From NCBI GenBank assembly GCA_041687695.1, contig JAWLBL010000054.1:1-16765 (forward strand): DNA of 16,765 bases. The letters are read 5' to 3'. The notes beneath the pieces were generated by a model. That model was not told the DNA's origin and ran no database searches. It saw nothing but the letters and a program-made list of their open reading frames with translations. The DNA is from Myxococcota bacterium. Its GTDB lineage: Bacteria; Myxococcota_A; UBA9042; PHBI01; JAWLBL01. Positions 7,465 to 14,785 of this stretch are shown one piece after another (positions within the stretch are counted from its first letter, which is position 1; each line of letters starts with the position of its first letter). Made by a program: the position numbers and the translations under genes.

Positions 7465-7659
7465 CAGCAAACGCCGCCTCCCGAGGCCCTCCATGCGCCT
7501 GTGTCTGCGCCTGGGCCCGGCCGGTTCGCTGGTGACGCGGGGGGCTGGTCGATGCTCCGGGGTCGGAGCAGACTTGACCCCCTGTGGTTCGCGCAGCGCT
7601 TCGACGGGACCTGGTGAGGCGGGGGCCAGCGGAGGTCTCCCGCCGCCGGCCCGGACGTT

Positions 7660-8646
7660 TCAGAAGGTCCCGATGAGCTCGGCCGCGCCCGCCACCTGGG
7701 CGTCGGCGCCCGTCGGCAGGTCGGCGCGCACCTCGACGACGCCCGCGAGGTTGTCGACGATGCTGAAGAGCCACGCGCCGGTCGCCGCCGTGCCCTCGTA
7801 GACCGTGCCGAACTCGCGGTCGATCCAGTCGAAGCGGCCGGTGACCCCATGGGCGCTCGAGACGGCGTAGTGGGCCATCACCGAGGCGCCGAGCGAGCCG
7901 AGGCCGTCGAGCTGCCCCCAGTTGGCGTTGCCGAGGAGCCTCAGCGACCCCAGCTCGACCACGGCGTCGAGGTCGACCATCACCTGCGAGACGTCGGCCG
8001 CCATCGGCCCGAAGGTGCCCGAGACGCCCACGTGGCCGTCGCCGAAGTCGATCTCGACACGGCCACCGGCGCTGGCGTTGGCGGGGGTGCTGGCCGTGTC
8101 CCAGTCGTTCGAGAGCCAGGCCATCGCGGTCACCGTCTCGCCGCGCCAGCCGGCGAAGAAGCCGCTGAGGTTGGTCGGCGCCGCGAGCGAGAAGAGGAGG
8201 CCGTGGCTGTAGGTGAGCATGTCCGGGGCGTCGGCCGCCTCGATGCCGATGGGAGCGTTCGTCTTGCCGGCCTTCAGGAAGACGCCGTGCTCGCCGCCGC
8301 CGAAGACCACCTCGACGAAGGCCTGCTCGACGAGGTCGTCGAAGGAGGCGAGGGTCGAAGAGGGAAACCAGTTCACGTCGGCGCGCAGGGTGAGGCCTCG
8401 GGCCGGCGTCGCCTCGAGGTCGATCTCGAGCTGGTCGAGGCCGAGGCTCACGCCGCGCGCACCCTCGGCGAAGCCGGTCAGCGGCACGAGGATCGAGCTG
8501 TCGACGAATCCGCTCACCTTCAGGGTTGGCTCCGGCGGAGTGGCCGCGGACTCCCCAACGTTCGCGGGCGCTCCCTGGGCGGCGGCGACCGAGGGGAGGG
8601 CGACGAGGGCGACTCCAAGGAGGGCGCTGCGGACGGCTCGGGTCAT
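7660..8646 (-). CDS. Outer-membrane beta-barrel porin (putative BBP2/OmpL-like family)
   Basis: Signal peptide MTRAVRSALLGVALVALPSVAAA-Q; LKVSGFVD; VEQAFVEV; AGKTNAPIGIEA...YSHGLLF; amphipathic strands; terminal Phe. Confidence 0.85.
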   Translation of the reverse strand: MTRAVRSALLGVALVALPSVAAAQGAPANVGESAATPPEPTLKVSGFVDSSILVPLTGFAEGARGVSLGLDQLEIDLEATPARGLTLRADVNWFPSSTLASFDDLVEQAFVEVVFGGGEHGVFLKAGKTNAPIGIEAADAPDMLTYSHGLLFSLAAPTNLSGFFAGWRGETVTAMAWLSNDWDTASTPANASAGGRVEIDFGDGHVGVSGTFGPMAADVSQVMVDLDAVVELGSLRLLGNANWGQLDGLGSLGASVMAHYAVSSAHGVTGRFDWIDREFGTVYEGTAATGAWLFSIVDNLAGVVEVRADLPTGADAQVAGAAELIGTF

Positions 8647-8808
8647 GGAGGCTCCTGGCGGGTGGGCGGCTGCGTGCCGCGGACGAGGGGCGAGCGCGCC
8701 CATGCGAGGGCGCCCGAACGGGCGACGATGACGCGCCGTGTCATGCCTTTGTCGCGGCCCCGTGTTTCGGCGGAGTTTCCGTCACGAAACGTCGCGCGGC
8801 GGGCCGTA

Positions 8809-8921
8809 GGGACGTGTCTCGCGGGACGCCGCCGTGGGACACACACCATGTCCCGCGGGCCACCCCGCGGCCTCGTAACCCACTGAAACAACAGGCCTCC
8901 CAGGTTAGCACCGGCCTTGCT
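8809..8921 (+). promoter_or_regulatory. Sigma54-type promoter architecture: activator-site palindrome, IHF-like site, -24/-12 box with a mismatch
   Basis: GGGACA-N7-TGTCCC (8836-8854) with extra GGGAC at 8809 and 8823; TAACCCACTGAAA (8876-8888), whose reverse complement is one mismatch from WATCARN4TTR; TAGCAC-CGGCC-TTGCT (8906-8921) versus TGGCAC-N5-TTGCW. Confidence 0.5.
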
Positions 8922-8933
8922 TCGGTCCCTGAC

Positions 8934-9020
8934 ATGCCCATCGCCGCCCTCGCTTGCCTCCTCGTGTCCCTCGTCGCCTGCGCGGGACCCCAGGGGCCGG
9001 TCCCATCGGCGTGCCACTGA
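8934..9020 (+). pseudogene. Truncated lipoprotein gene (signal peptide plus about 13 residues) or a tiny lipopeptide
   Basis: MPIAALACLLVSLVA-C-AGPQGPVPSACH*: hydrophobic core and LVAC lipobox. ATG lies at about the expected +1 of the sigma54-like box. There is no basic n-region. Confidence 0.45.
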
Positions 9021-9214
9021 GCATCACCGAGAGCTCGCAGCGATGGAGCTACCTCGTGGAGCACGGAAACGATGAGCCGTCGGGCTGGTCGGTAGAAATG
9101 CTGGGCGCGGTGCCGTCCTCGAGGCTCTTGACCCTGCTGTCCCAGCACGCCCAGGAGGAGGCTGCATGCCTGCTTCCTGCATTGAAGCGGCTAGCTACCT
9201 CGACGGAGATCTGA
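9021..9214 (+). pseudogene. Probable 3' fragment of an unidentified gene
   Basis: ITESSQRWSYLVEHGNDEPSGWSVEMLGAVPSSRLLTLLSQHAQEEAACLLPALKRLATSTEI* is protein-like, has lower GC than the flanks and lacks a credible start. Confidence 0.35.
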
Positions 9215-9390
9215 TCGCGCGGGCTCCGGGTTCGAGGCGGCCTGCCCCAAGCGACTCGATCGCAACGCCGAGGGTTGCGAGGCCTGACCTCAGAGATTCT
9301 GCACAGGCGATGACGCCGACCGCGCTCGTGTAACAGATCGGGGGGATGATGCCTCCAAGGAGTCAGGAACGGCCCTGATGGGAGGATGGA

Positions 9391-10434
9391 GTGACTAGCA
9401 AAGGCATGGCGGAGAAGCTCGTAATCATTGGCTCGGGCCCAGCGGCCTGGACGGCTGCGATCTATGCAGCGCGCGCGAATCTCGAGCCGCTGGTGGTGCA
9501 GGGGGAGCCGTCGCGGGAGATGATCCCGGGTGGGCAGCTCATGTTCACGACCGACATCGAGAACTACCCGGGCTTCCCGAGCGGGATAGGGGGACAGCAG
9601 CTGATGGCGCTACTCGAGGAGCAGGCGGTGCGCTTCGGCACCCGTGCCCTCATGGAAGACATCGTCTCGGTCGACTTCTCGCAGCGGCCGTTTCGGCTGC
9701 AGGCAAGCGCGAGCGGGGAAATCTCTGCGCATGCGGTCATCGTGGCCACCGGAGCGCGAGCCAACTGGCTCAACCTGGACAACGAGCAGCGGCTGGCCCA
9801 CTCGGGCGGCGGCGTGTCGGCCTGCGCGGTGTGCGACGGCGCGATGCCGGTCTACCGAGACAAGGTGCTGGCCGTGGTCGGCGGAGGCGACTCGGCGCTG
9901 GAGGAGGCGACCTATCTGACCAAGTTTGCGCGCGAGGTCGTCATCGTCCACCGGCGGGACGAGTTCCGCGCGTCGAAGATCATGGTCGACCGGGCGCTAG
10001 CGAACCCGAAGATCCGCGTAGCGTGGAACTCCAGGGTTGTCGACGTGGTAGGGGACAGGTTCATCCGAGCGCTGCGGGTCGTCGACACCCAGACCGGCGA
10101 GGAACGCGAGCTCGAGGTGGGTGGGCTCTTCGTCGCCATCGGCCACACGCCGAACACCAGGTTCCTCGGCGGCCAGCTCGAGTTGACGCCGCACGGATAC
10201 ATTCGCTGCCCCATGCCTTGGCGCACGACGACGACCGTGGACGGGGTCTTCGCGGCCGGCGACGTCATGGACGACTTCTTCCGCCAGGCGATCACCGCGG
10301 CCGGGACTGGCTGCATGGCGGCCTTGGAGGCCGAGCGCTGGCTGGCCCATCACGGCATCCAGGGAGCGCAGCCACCGGTCCTCGAGACCGCCGAGGCCCC
10401 CGTCCCGGAGCACCCGATGCCCGACGAGAGGTAG
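9391..10434 (+). CDS. trxB: Thioredoxin-disulfide reductase (low-Mr type)
   Basis: IIGSGPAA (FAD), [20 protein letters not shown], redox [18 protein letters not shown] (NADPH), [34 protein letters not shown] start preceded by GGAGG (9381-9385); ATG 9406 is an alternative. Confidence 0.96.
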   Translation: MTSKGMAEKLVIIGSGPAAWTAAIYAARANLEPLVVQGEPSREMIPGGQLMFTTDIENYPGFPSGIGGQQLMALLEEQAVRFGTRALMEDIVSVDFSQRPFRLQASASGEISAHAVIVATGARANWLNLDNEQRLAHSGGGVSACAVCDGAMPVYRDKVLAVVGGGDSALEEATYLTKFAREVVIVHRRDEFRASKIMVDRALANPKIRVAWNSRVVDVVGDRFIRALRVVDTQTGEERELEVGGLFVAIGHTPNTRFLGGQLELTPHGYIRCPMPWRTTTTVDGVFAAGDVMDDFFRQAITAAGTGCMAALEAERWLAHHGIQGAQPPVLETAEAPVPEHPMPDER

Positions 10435-10506
10435 GTGAGCGAGGTGGCTCCGGGCTCAGGACCCTGAGGGTTGCTCCGCATCAGCTCGAGGGGCGCCTTC
10501 CGCGCC

Positions 10507-12048
10507 TCAGGCGTGGAGCGTCGCCGTGTGCAGCACCGCCCCCTTGGCGCTGACGAACGTCACCTCGAGCTTGGGCGGCGTGGCCAGCGGGTCGGCGGTG
10601 AAGCGCACGGTGTTCGCCTCGGCCGTGACGAACGGGAACTGCCCGGGGAGCTTGTCGAGGAGCAGCGCGGCCGGGTTCGGGATCTGGGCGACGTGGCCCA
10701 TGAAGACCTCCCACATCTTGCTGCCCGTGCCGAACGGCTCGAGGTGCGCCAGCGCGCCGAAGTGGAAGTCGCCCGAGAGCCAGAAGACGCCGGGGATCTC
10801 GGCCATGTGCGCGAGGAGGGGCCCGCGCTGCTCCGGGTAGCCCTGCCAGCGGTCCTTGCCGGAGGGGTAGAGCGGCGACATGTTGGTGAACGGGACCGAG
10901 TTGAGGACCACCTTGAAGACGGCCGGTGACGCGGCGAGGCCGTCCATCAGCCAGGCGAGCTGCTCGGGCGAGACGTACTGGGCCTCCGCGGTGCCGCGCG
11001 TCTCGGGCTTTCGCTCGCCGCGGCCGTCGAGGACGAACACCTCGAGCGTCGCGCCCCAGCGGTGGCTGCGCCAGATGCGGTCGGGCGCGTCGGGCAGGCG
11101 CGCGATGGGCAGGTGCTCGAAGAAGGCGCCGCGGGCGGCGGCGAGCTGCTCGGGCGACACGGACGCCTCGGTCCAGTTGTTGTCGACCTCGTGGTCGTCC
11201 CACGTGGCCAGCACGGGCGTCCGGCGCAGGAGCGCCCGATAGCCGACGTCGGTGAGCGAATCGGCCCAGGCGGCGCGGTAGTCCTCGCGCGTCACCGAGC
11301 CGTCCGCATAGGTCGTGTCCCCGGCGAGGAGGAAGAACGCGAGGTCGGCGGCGGCGGCGTGCTGGAGCGCGGTATAGGGCCGATGAAGCGGCTTGCTGCA
11401 GGACGACCCGCCGAACGTGACGGGCACCAGCGCGTCGAGCGCGGGCGCCGTCCGGAACCACCCGACCTGGCTGCGCTCGCCACCGGCCGTGAACGCGTAG
11501 CGGTAGCGCGTGTTGGTCGCGAGCCCGTCGACGTTGACCTTCGTGAACCCGGCGTCCTCCGGCGCAGCCTCGACGCGCGCAGCCACCACGCCCGGCGCCG
11601 CGTCGTCCTCGTCGTCCGCGAAGACCACCACCTCGAGCGGGGCCTCCCCGGCGTACTGCGTCCAGAGCAGCGCCCCACCCGGCCGCGGCTCGCCGGCCGC
11701 GATGCCCAGCGGGTACTCCGAGGCGTCCCACGGCAGGGCCCCCGGGTCGAACACCTCCGGCTCGACCGGCGCGAGGTCCGCCTCGGCCGCGTCCGCCTCC
11801 ACATCCACATCCGGCGTCGGGACGTCGCCCCCCACCTCGGCCGCGTCAGCCTCCCCATCCACCGCGTCGCGCTCGGCGGCGTCCTGCACCCAGCCATCAC
11901 CAGCCGCCGCATCCCCCGCCGCGAGGTCATCGACCGCCCCGCCGTCGGCCAGGCCCGCGACCCCCTCATCCCCGCACCCGACCAGCGCCCCGAGCACCGC
12001 CACCGAACCGGCCTTCAGGAACCCGCGCCTCGTGATCTCGTCCACCAT
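10507..12048 (-). CDS. phoD: Alkaline phosphatase D family protein, predicted Tat-exported lipoprotein
   Basis: Tat motif TRRGFLK plus lipobox LVG-C; acidic linker; PhoD N-terminal domain (YPLGIAAGEP...LLWT, KVNVDGL...YRYAF, GWFRTAP); metal motifs SSC, GDTTYAD, WDDHEVDNNW, SGDFH; SD GGAGG upstream of ATG 12048. Confidence 0.92.
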   Translation of the reverse strand: MVDEITRRGFLKAGSVAVLGALVGCGDEGVAGLADGGAVDDLAAGDAAAGDGWVQDAAERDAVDGEADAAEVGGDVPTPDVDVEADAAEADLAPVEPEVFDPGALPWDASEYPLGIAAGEPRPGGALLWTQYAGEAPLEVVVFADDEDDAAPGVVAARVEAAPEDAGFTKVNVDGLATNTRYRYAFTAGGERSQVGWFRTAPALDALVPVTFGGSSCSKPLHRPYTALQHAAAADLAFFLLAGDTTYADGSVTREDYRAAWADSLTDVGYRALLRRTPVLATWDDHEVDNNWTEASVSPEQLAAARGAFFEHLPIARLPDAPDRIWRSHRWGATLEVFVLDGRGERKPETRGTAEAQYVSPEQLAWLMDGLAASPAVFKVVLNSVPFTNMSPLYPSGKDRWQGYPEQRGPLLAHMAEIPGVFWLSGDFHFGALAHLEPFGTGSKMWEVFMGHVAQIPNPAALLLDKLPGQFPFVTAEANTVRFTADPLATPPKLEVTFVSAKGAVLHTATLHA

Positions 12049-12288
12049 GCTGCCCTCCCCCGCTCGCGACGCCGCGGAGCATCGCCCCATCCCACGTCGC
12101 TTGTCATCCCCGGCGAACGGCCGGCAAGCGGCCGAAGCCGGCGGGTGGCGGGGCGGGCGGGCCCAACCGCTCTCCATGATCCGTGCTCGGGACGTGGAGA
12201 GTGGCCAGGCCCGACAGCTGGTGATGCGGCGCGACCATCGGCGCGGCTCCGTCGAGCGGCAGCCCGCCGAGGCCTCCGGCGCTGTCGC

Positions 12289-14538
12289 TCAGGCCGCCGT
12301 CGGCGCCCCCTCGGACCGCCGGCGACCCCTCAGGCCGAGGAACCCGAGCGCCAGGGCGAGCCCCAGCGCGCCGCTGGTCGGGGCGCCGCCGCCCGCGCAG
12401 CCGCTTCCGGCAGGCCCAGGCGCTCCATCGGCCCCCGGCGCTCCGTCCGCTCCGTCCGCACCGTCCGCTCCGGCAGGACCGGGCTGCCCGTCAGCACCGG
12501 CTGGCCCTTGGGCACCATCGGCACCATCGGCACCATCAGCGCCATCGGCACCATCGGCGCCAGCGGGACCCGCTGGCCCGGCGGGCCCCTCCGCGCCGTC
12601 CTGTCCGTCCTGCCCGTCCTTGCCGTCGACGCCCGGTGCTCCGTCGCTGCCATGGCACACCATGGTCGTCGCGTCGATCTCGTCCGGGTCGAGCACGCCG
12701 TCGTCAGCGGTCGCCTCTCCCGCGCCGTCATCGAGGCCCGTCTGGATGACGAAGCCACCTGCAGCGCAAGGTCCACTCGGCACGAGCTCGGTCACGACCA
12801 CCAGCGACGCGTGCCCGTCAGCGCCGTCGGCTCCGTCGGCCCCCGGCGCACCGTCGGCGCCCGGCGCACCATCAGCGCCGTCGGCTCCGTCGGCCCCGTC
12901 GGCCCCCGGCGAACCGTCAGCTCCGTCGGCTCCGTCCGTTCCAGCGCACACGACGGTGACCTCCTCGACCTCCTGATCGTCGAGGACGCCGTCGAGCTCG
13001 ACGCCACCCGGCAGGCCGTCGTCCCGACCGGACAGGATGGCGACGCCACCGGCCGGGCAGTCCTCGCTGCCCACCGCGAGCACCTCGGTCATGACGAGCA
13101 GCGGCGCCGGCGTCAGCGTCAGCGTGCCGCTCCCGGTGCCCTCGAGGGTGCCCTCCGCCGCCGGGATGGTGACGCGCACCTCGTAGGTGCCAGGCGGCGT
13201 CCCACCCGGTAGCTCGTAGACCGCGGTCACCGACGAGCCCCACCCCATGCCCTCGACCGCCGGGCCGATCGGCGCGCCCGAGCCGTCGAGCACCTCCCAG
13301 ATCGGGGTGACGTCACCGGGAGGGTCGATGGACAGGACCTTGGCCGACAAGAAGATCAAGGCCCCGGCCTGGCTCGCCGGAGCGCTCGTGGGCGACACCT
13401 TGGGGACGCTCGGGCAGGCCCCCCCAGGCGCGGCGTCGTACAGGCCGGGCTCGGTCTCGAGCCCTTCCCCGGCGGCGCCCGGAGCACCCCCACCCGCGCC
13501 ACCGCCCGCGCCACCGGTCACCACGCCGCCCGTGAACGAGACGGCCGGACCGACGCACAGCGTCCCCTTCGAGAAGACGGCGCTGCCGAGCCCGCCGCCG
13601 CCACCACCACCGCCGCCGTACCCGGAGGCCGCGCCACCCGCGCCGCCGATGGCCTGGTTGTCGACGAAGTCCACGTTCGCGAGGAAGAGCAGGCCCTCGA
13701 CGTAGATGGCGCCGCCGAGCGCCGCGCCGCCGCCGCCGGCGCCATACCCGTTGAGGTTCGTCGTCCCGCCGCCGTCGCCTCCGCCGACACCCCCGGCGCC
13801 GCCGGGGTTGGCGACCCCGCCCGCGGACCCGCCGCCGCCCCCGCCGCCGCCGAAGCCGCCCGCGCCCCCGGGCCCCCCGGATCCGCCGAACGAGCCACCG
13901 CCGCCGCCGCCGCCGAAGCCGCCCGGGTGGCCGCCGCCAGCGCCGAACGCCGCCCCCATGCCGCCCTGCCCGCCGCCGCCGCCGCCGTGGCTGTTCCCGG
14001 GGTTTGCGCCGTTGCCGCCGACGGCGACGTTGTCGCGGACGACCGCATCGAGCAGGACCACGGTCGCGTCGGCCCCGACGCGCAAGGCGCCGCCAGCGCC
14101 GTTGGTGCTGCCGGGAGCGCCCTCCCAGCCGTTGCCTCCCTGCGAGCGGCCGTCCGCGAGGGTGAGGCGCTCGAGGGTGACGTGTCCGGCGGCGGCGTCG
14201 AAGATGCGGACGGCGCCTCCGCCCGAGATGGCCGTGGCCGCGGCTCCGGCGCCGGTGATGCGGAGATCGTGGGCGAGCGGGATGGCGCCCTTGCCCGCGT
14301 CGAGCGTGAAGGTGCCGGTCCCGAGGACGATGGCGTCGCCTGGCGCCGAGGCCGCGACGGCGTCGCGGAGCGTGCAGGTGGCCGCGCAGGTCCCGTCGCC
14401 GTCGTCGCCCGGCGAGGACACGGTGAAGGTCGCGGCGGAGGCGGCGCCTGCCCCGAGGGCGAGGAGGGCGAGGGCGCCGAGCGGGGCGGCGGTGACGTGG
14501 GGTCGGACGAGCGTGCGACGGGCGCGAGATGTCTTCAT
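12289..14538 (-). CDS. Surface protein (749 aa): CSLREA-like N-terminus, Gly-rich/beta-helix-like region, probable Ig-like domain, two Cys-bracketed repeats each followed by a collagen-like tract, MYXO-CTERM-like anchor
   Basis: Signal peptide ...GAGAASA-A; TFTVSSPGD...CTLRDAV; GGAL/GGAIY and N.A.GG motifs; CPAGG...GRDDG...GVLDDQEV...C and CAAGG...GLDDG...GVLDPDEI...C; Gly-X-Y runs; C-terminal GSGC...LGLALALGFLGL-RGRRR; SD GGGAGAGG upstream of ATG 14538. Confidence 0.88.
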   Translation of the reverse strand: MKTSRARRTLVRPHVTAAPLGALALLALGAGAASAATFTVSSPGDDGDGTCAATCTLRDAVAASAPGDAIVLGTGTFTLDAGKGAIPLAHDLRITGAGAAATAISGGGAVRIFDAAAGHVTLERLTLADGRSQGGNGWEGAPGSTNGAGGALRVGADATVVLLDAVVRDNVAVGGNGANPGNSHGGGGGGQGGMGAAFGAGGGHPGGFGGGGGGGSFGGSGGPGGAGGFGGGGGGGGSAGGVANPGGAGGVGGGDGGGTTNLNGYGAGGGGAALGGAIYVEGLLFLANVDFVDNQAIGGAGGAASGYGGGGGGGGGLGSAVFSKGTLCVGPAVSFTGGVVTGGAGGGAGGGAPGAAGEGLETEPGLYDAAPGGACPSVPKVSPTSAPASQAGALIFLSAKVLSIDPPGDVTPIWEVLDGSGAPIGPAVEGMGWGSSVTAVYELPGGTPPGTYEVRVTIPAAEGTLEGTGSGTLTLTPAPLLVMTEVLAVGSEDCPAGGVAILSGRDDGLPGGVELDGVLDDQEVEEVTVVCAGTDGADGADGSPGADGADGADGADGAPGADGAPGADGADGADGHASLVVVTELVPSGPCAAGGFVIQTGLDDGAGEATADDGVLDPDEIDATTMVCHGSDGAPGVDGKDGQDGQDGAEGPAGPAGPAGADGADGADGADGADGAQGPAGADGQPGPAGADGADGADGAPGADGAPGPAGSGCAGGGAPTSGALGLALALGFLGLRGRRRSEGAPTAA
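12410..12940 (-). repeat. Two collagen-like (Gly-X-Y)n coding tracts, about 12410-12650 (27-28 triplets) and about 12805-12940 (15 triplets)
   Basis: GAD/GAP/GPA triplets, seen as 9-bp periodicity in the DNA. Confidence 0.9.
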
Positions 14539-14595
14539 GGGCCTCTCCCTGGGTTGGAAGGCGACCCTAGGTGGGCCGGCGGCCGCGCGAAATCC

Positions 14596-14675
14596 GACGA
14601 TCCTCGTATTCGCCATCGGGAAAGGGGTCAGCGCGCGGGGGTCCGCTTGACCCACCGAAGAAGAGCTGCTGCACT
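14596..14675. promoter_or_regulatory. Divergent control region: candidate operator palindromes and a weak sigma70-type promoter for the regulator
   Basis: Near-palindrome GACGA-TCC-TCGTA (14596-14608); GGGTCA (14625-14630) / TGACCC (14648-14653); TTGACC (14647-14652)-17 bp-TGCACT (14670-14675). Confidence 0.35.
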
Positions 14676-14785
14676 GGGCGGCCTACGACTGGCGGCGGTA
14701 GAGGCTGGTGGGCGGGGGCCCCCACCGGTAGCGCGTCGAACAGGCGTTCATCCCCCTGCCCGCGGCTCGAGGGGCCTGCTCAACG

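Noticed and set aside
8737..8752. Minus-strand GGCATGACACGGC as a sigma54 promoter for the porin
   Set aside because: GG-to-GC spacing is 9 rather than 10 bp and the TT before GC is absent.
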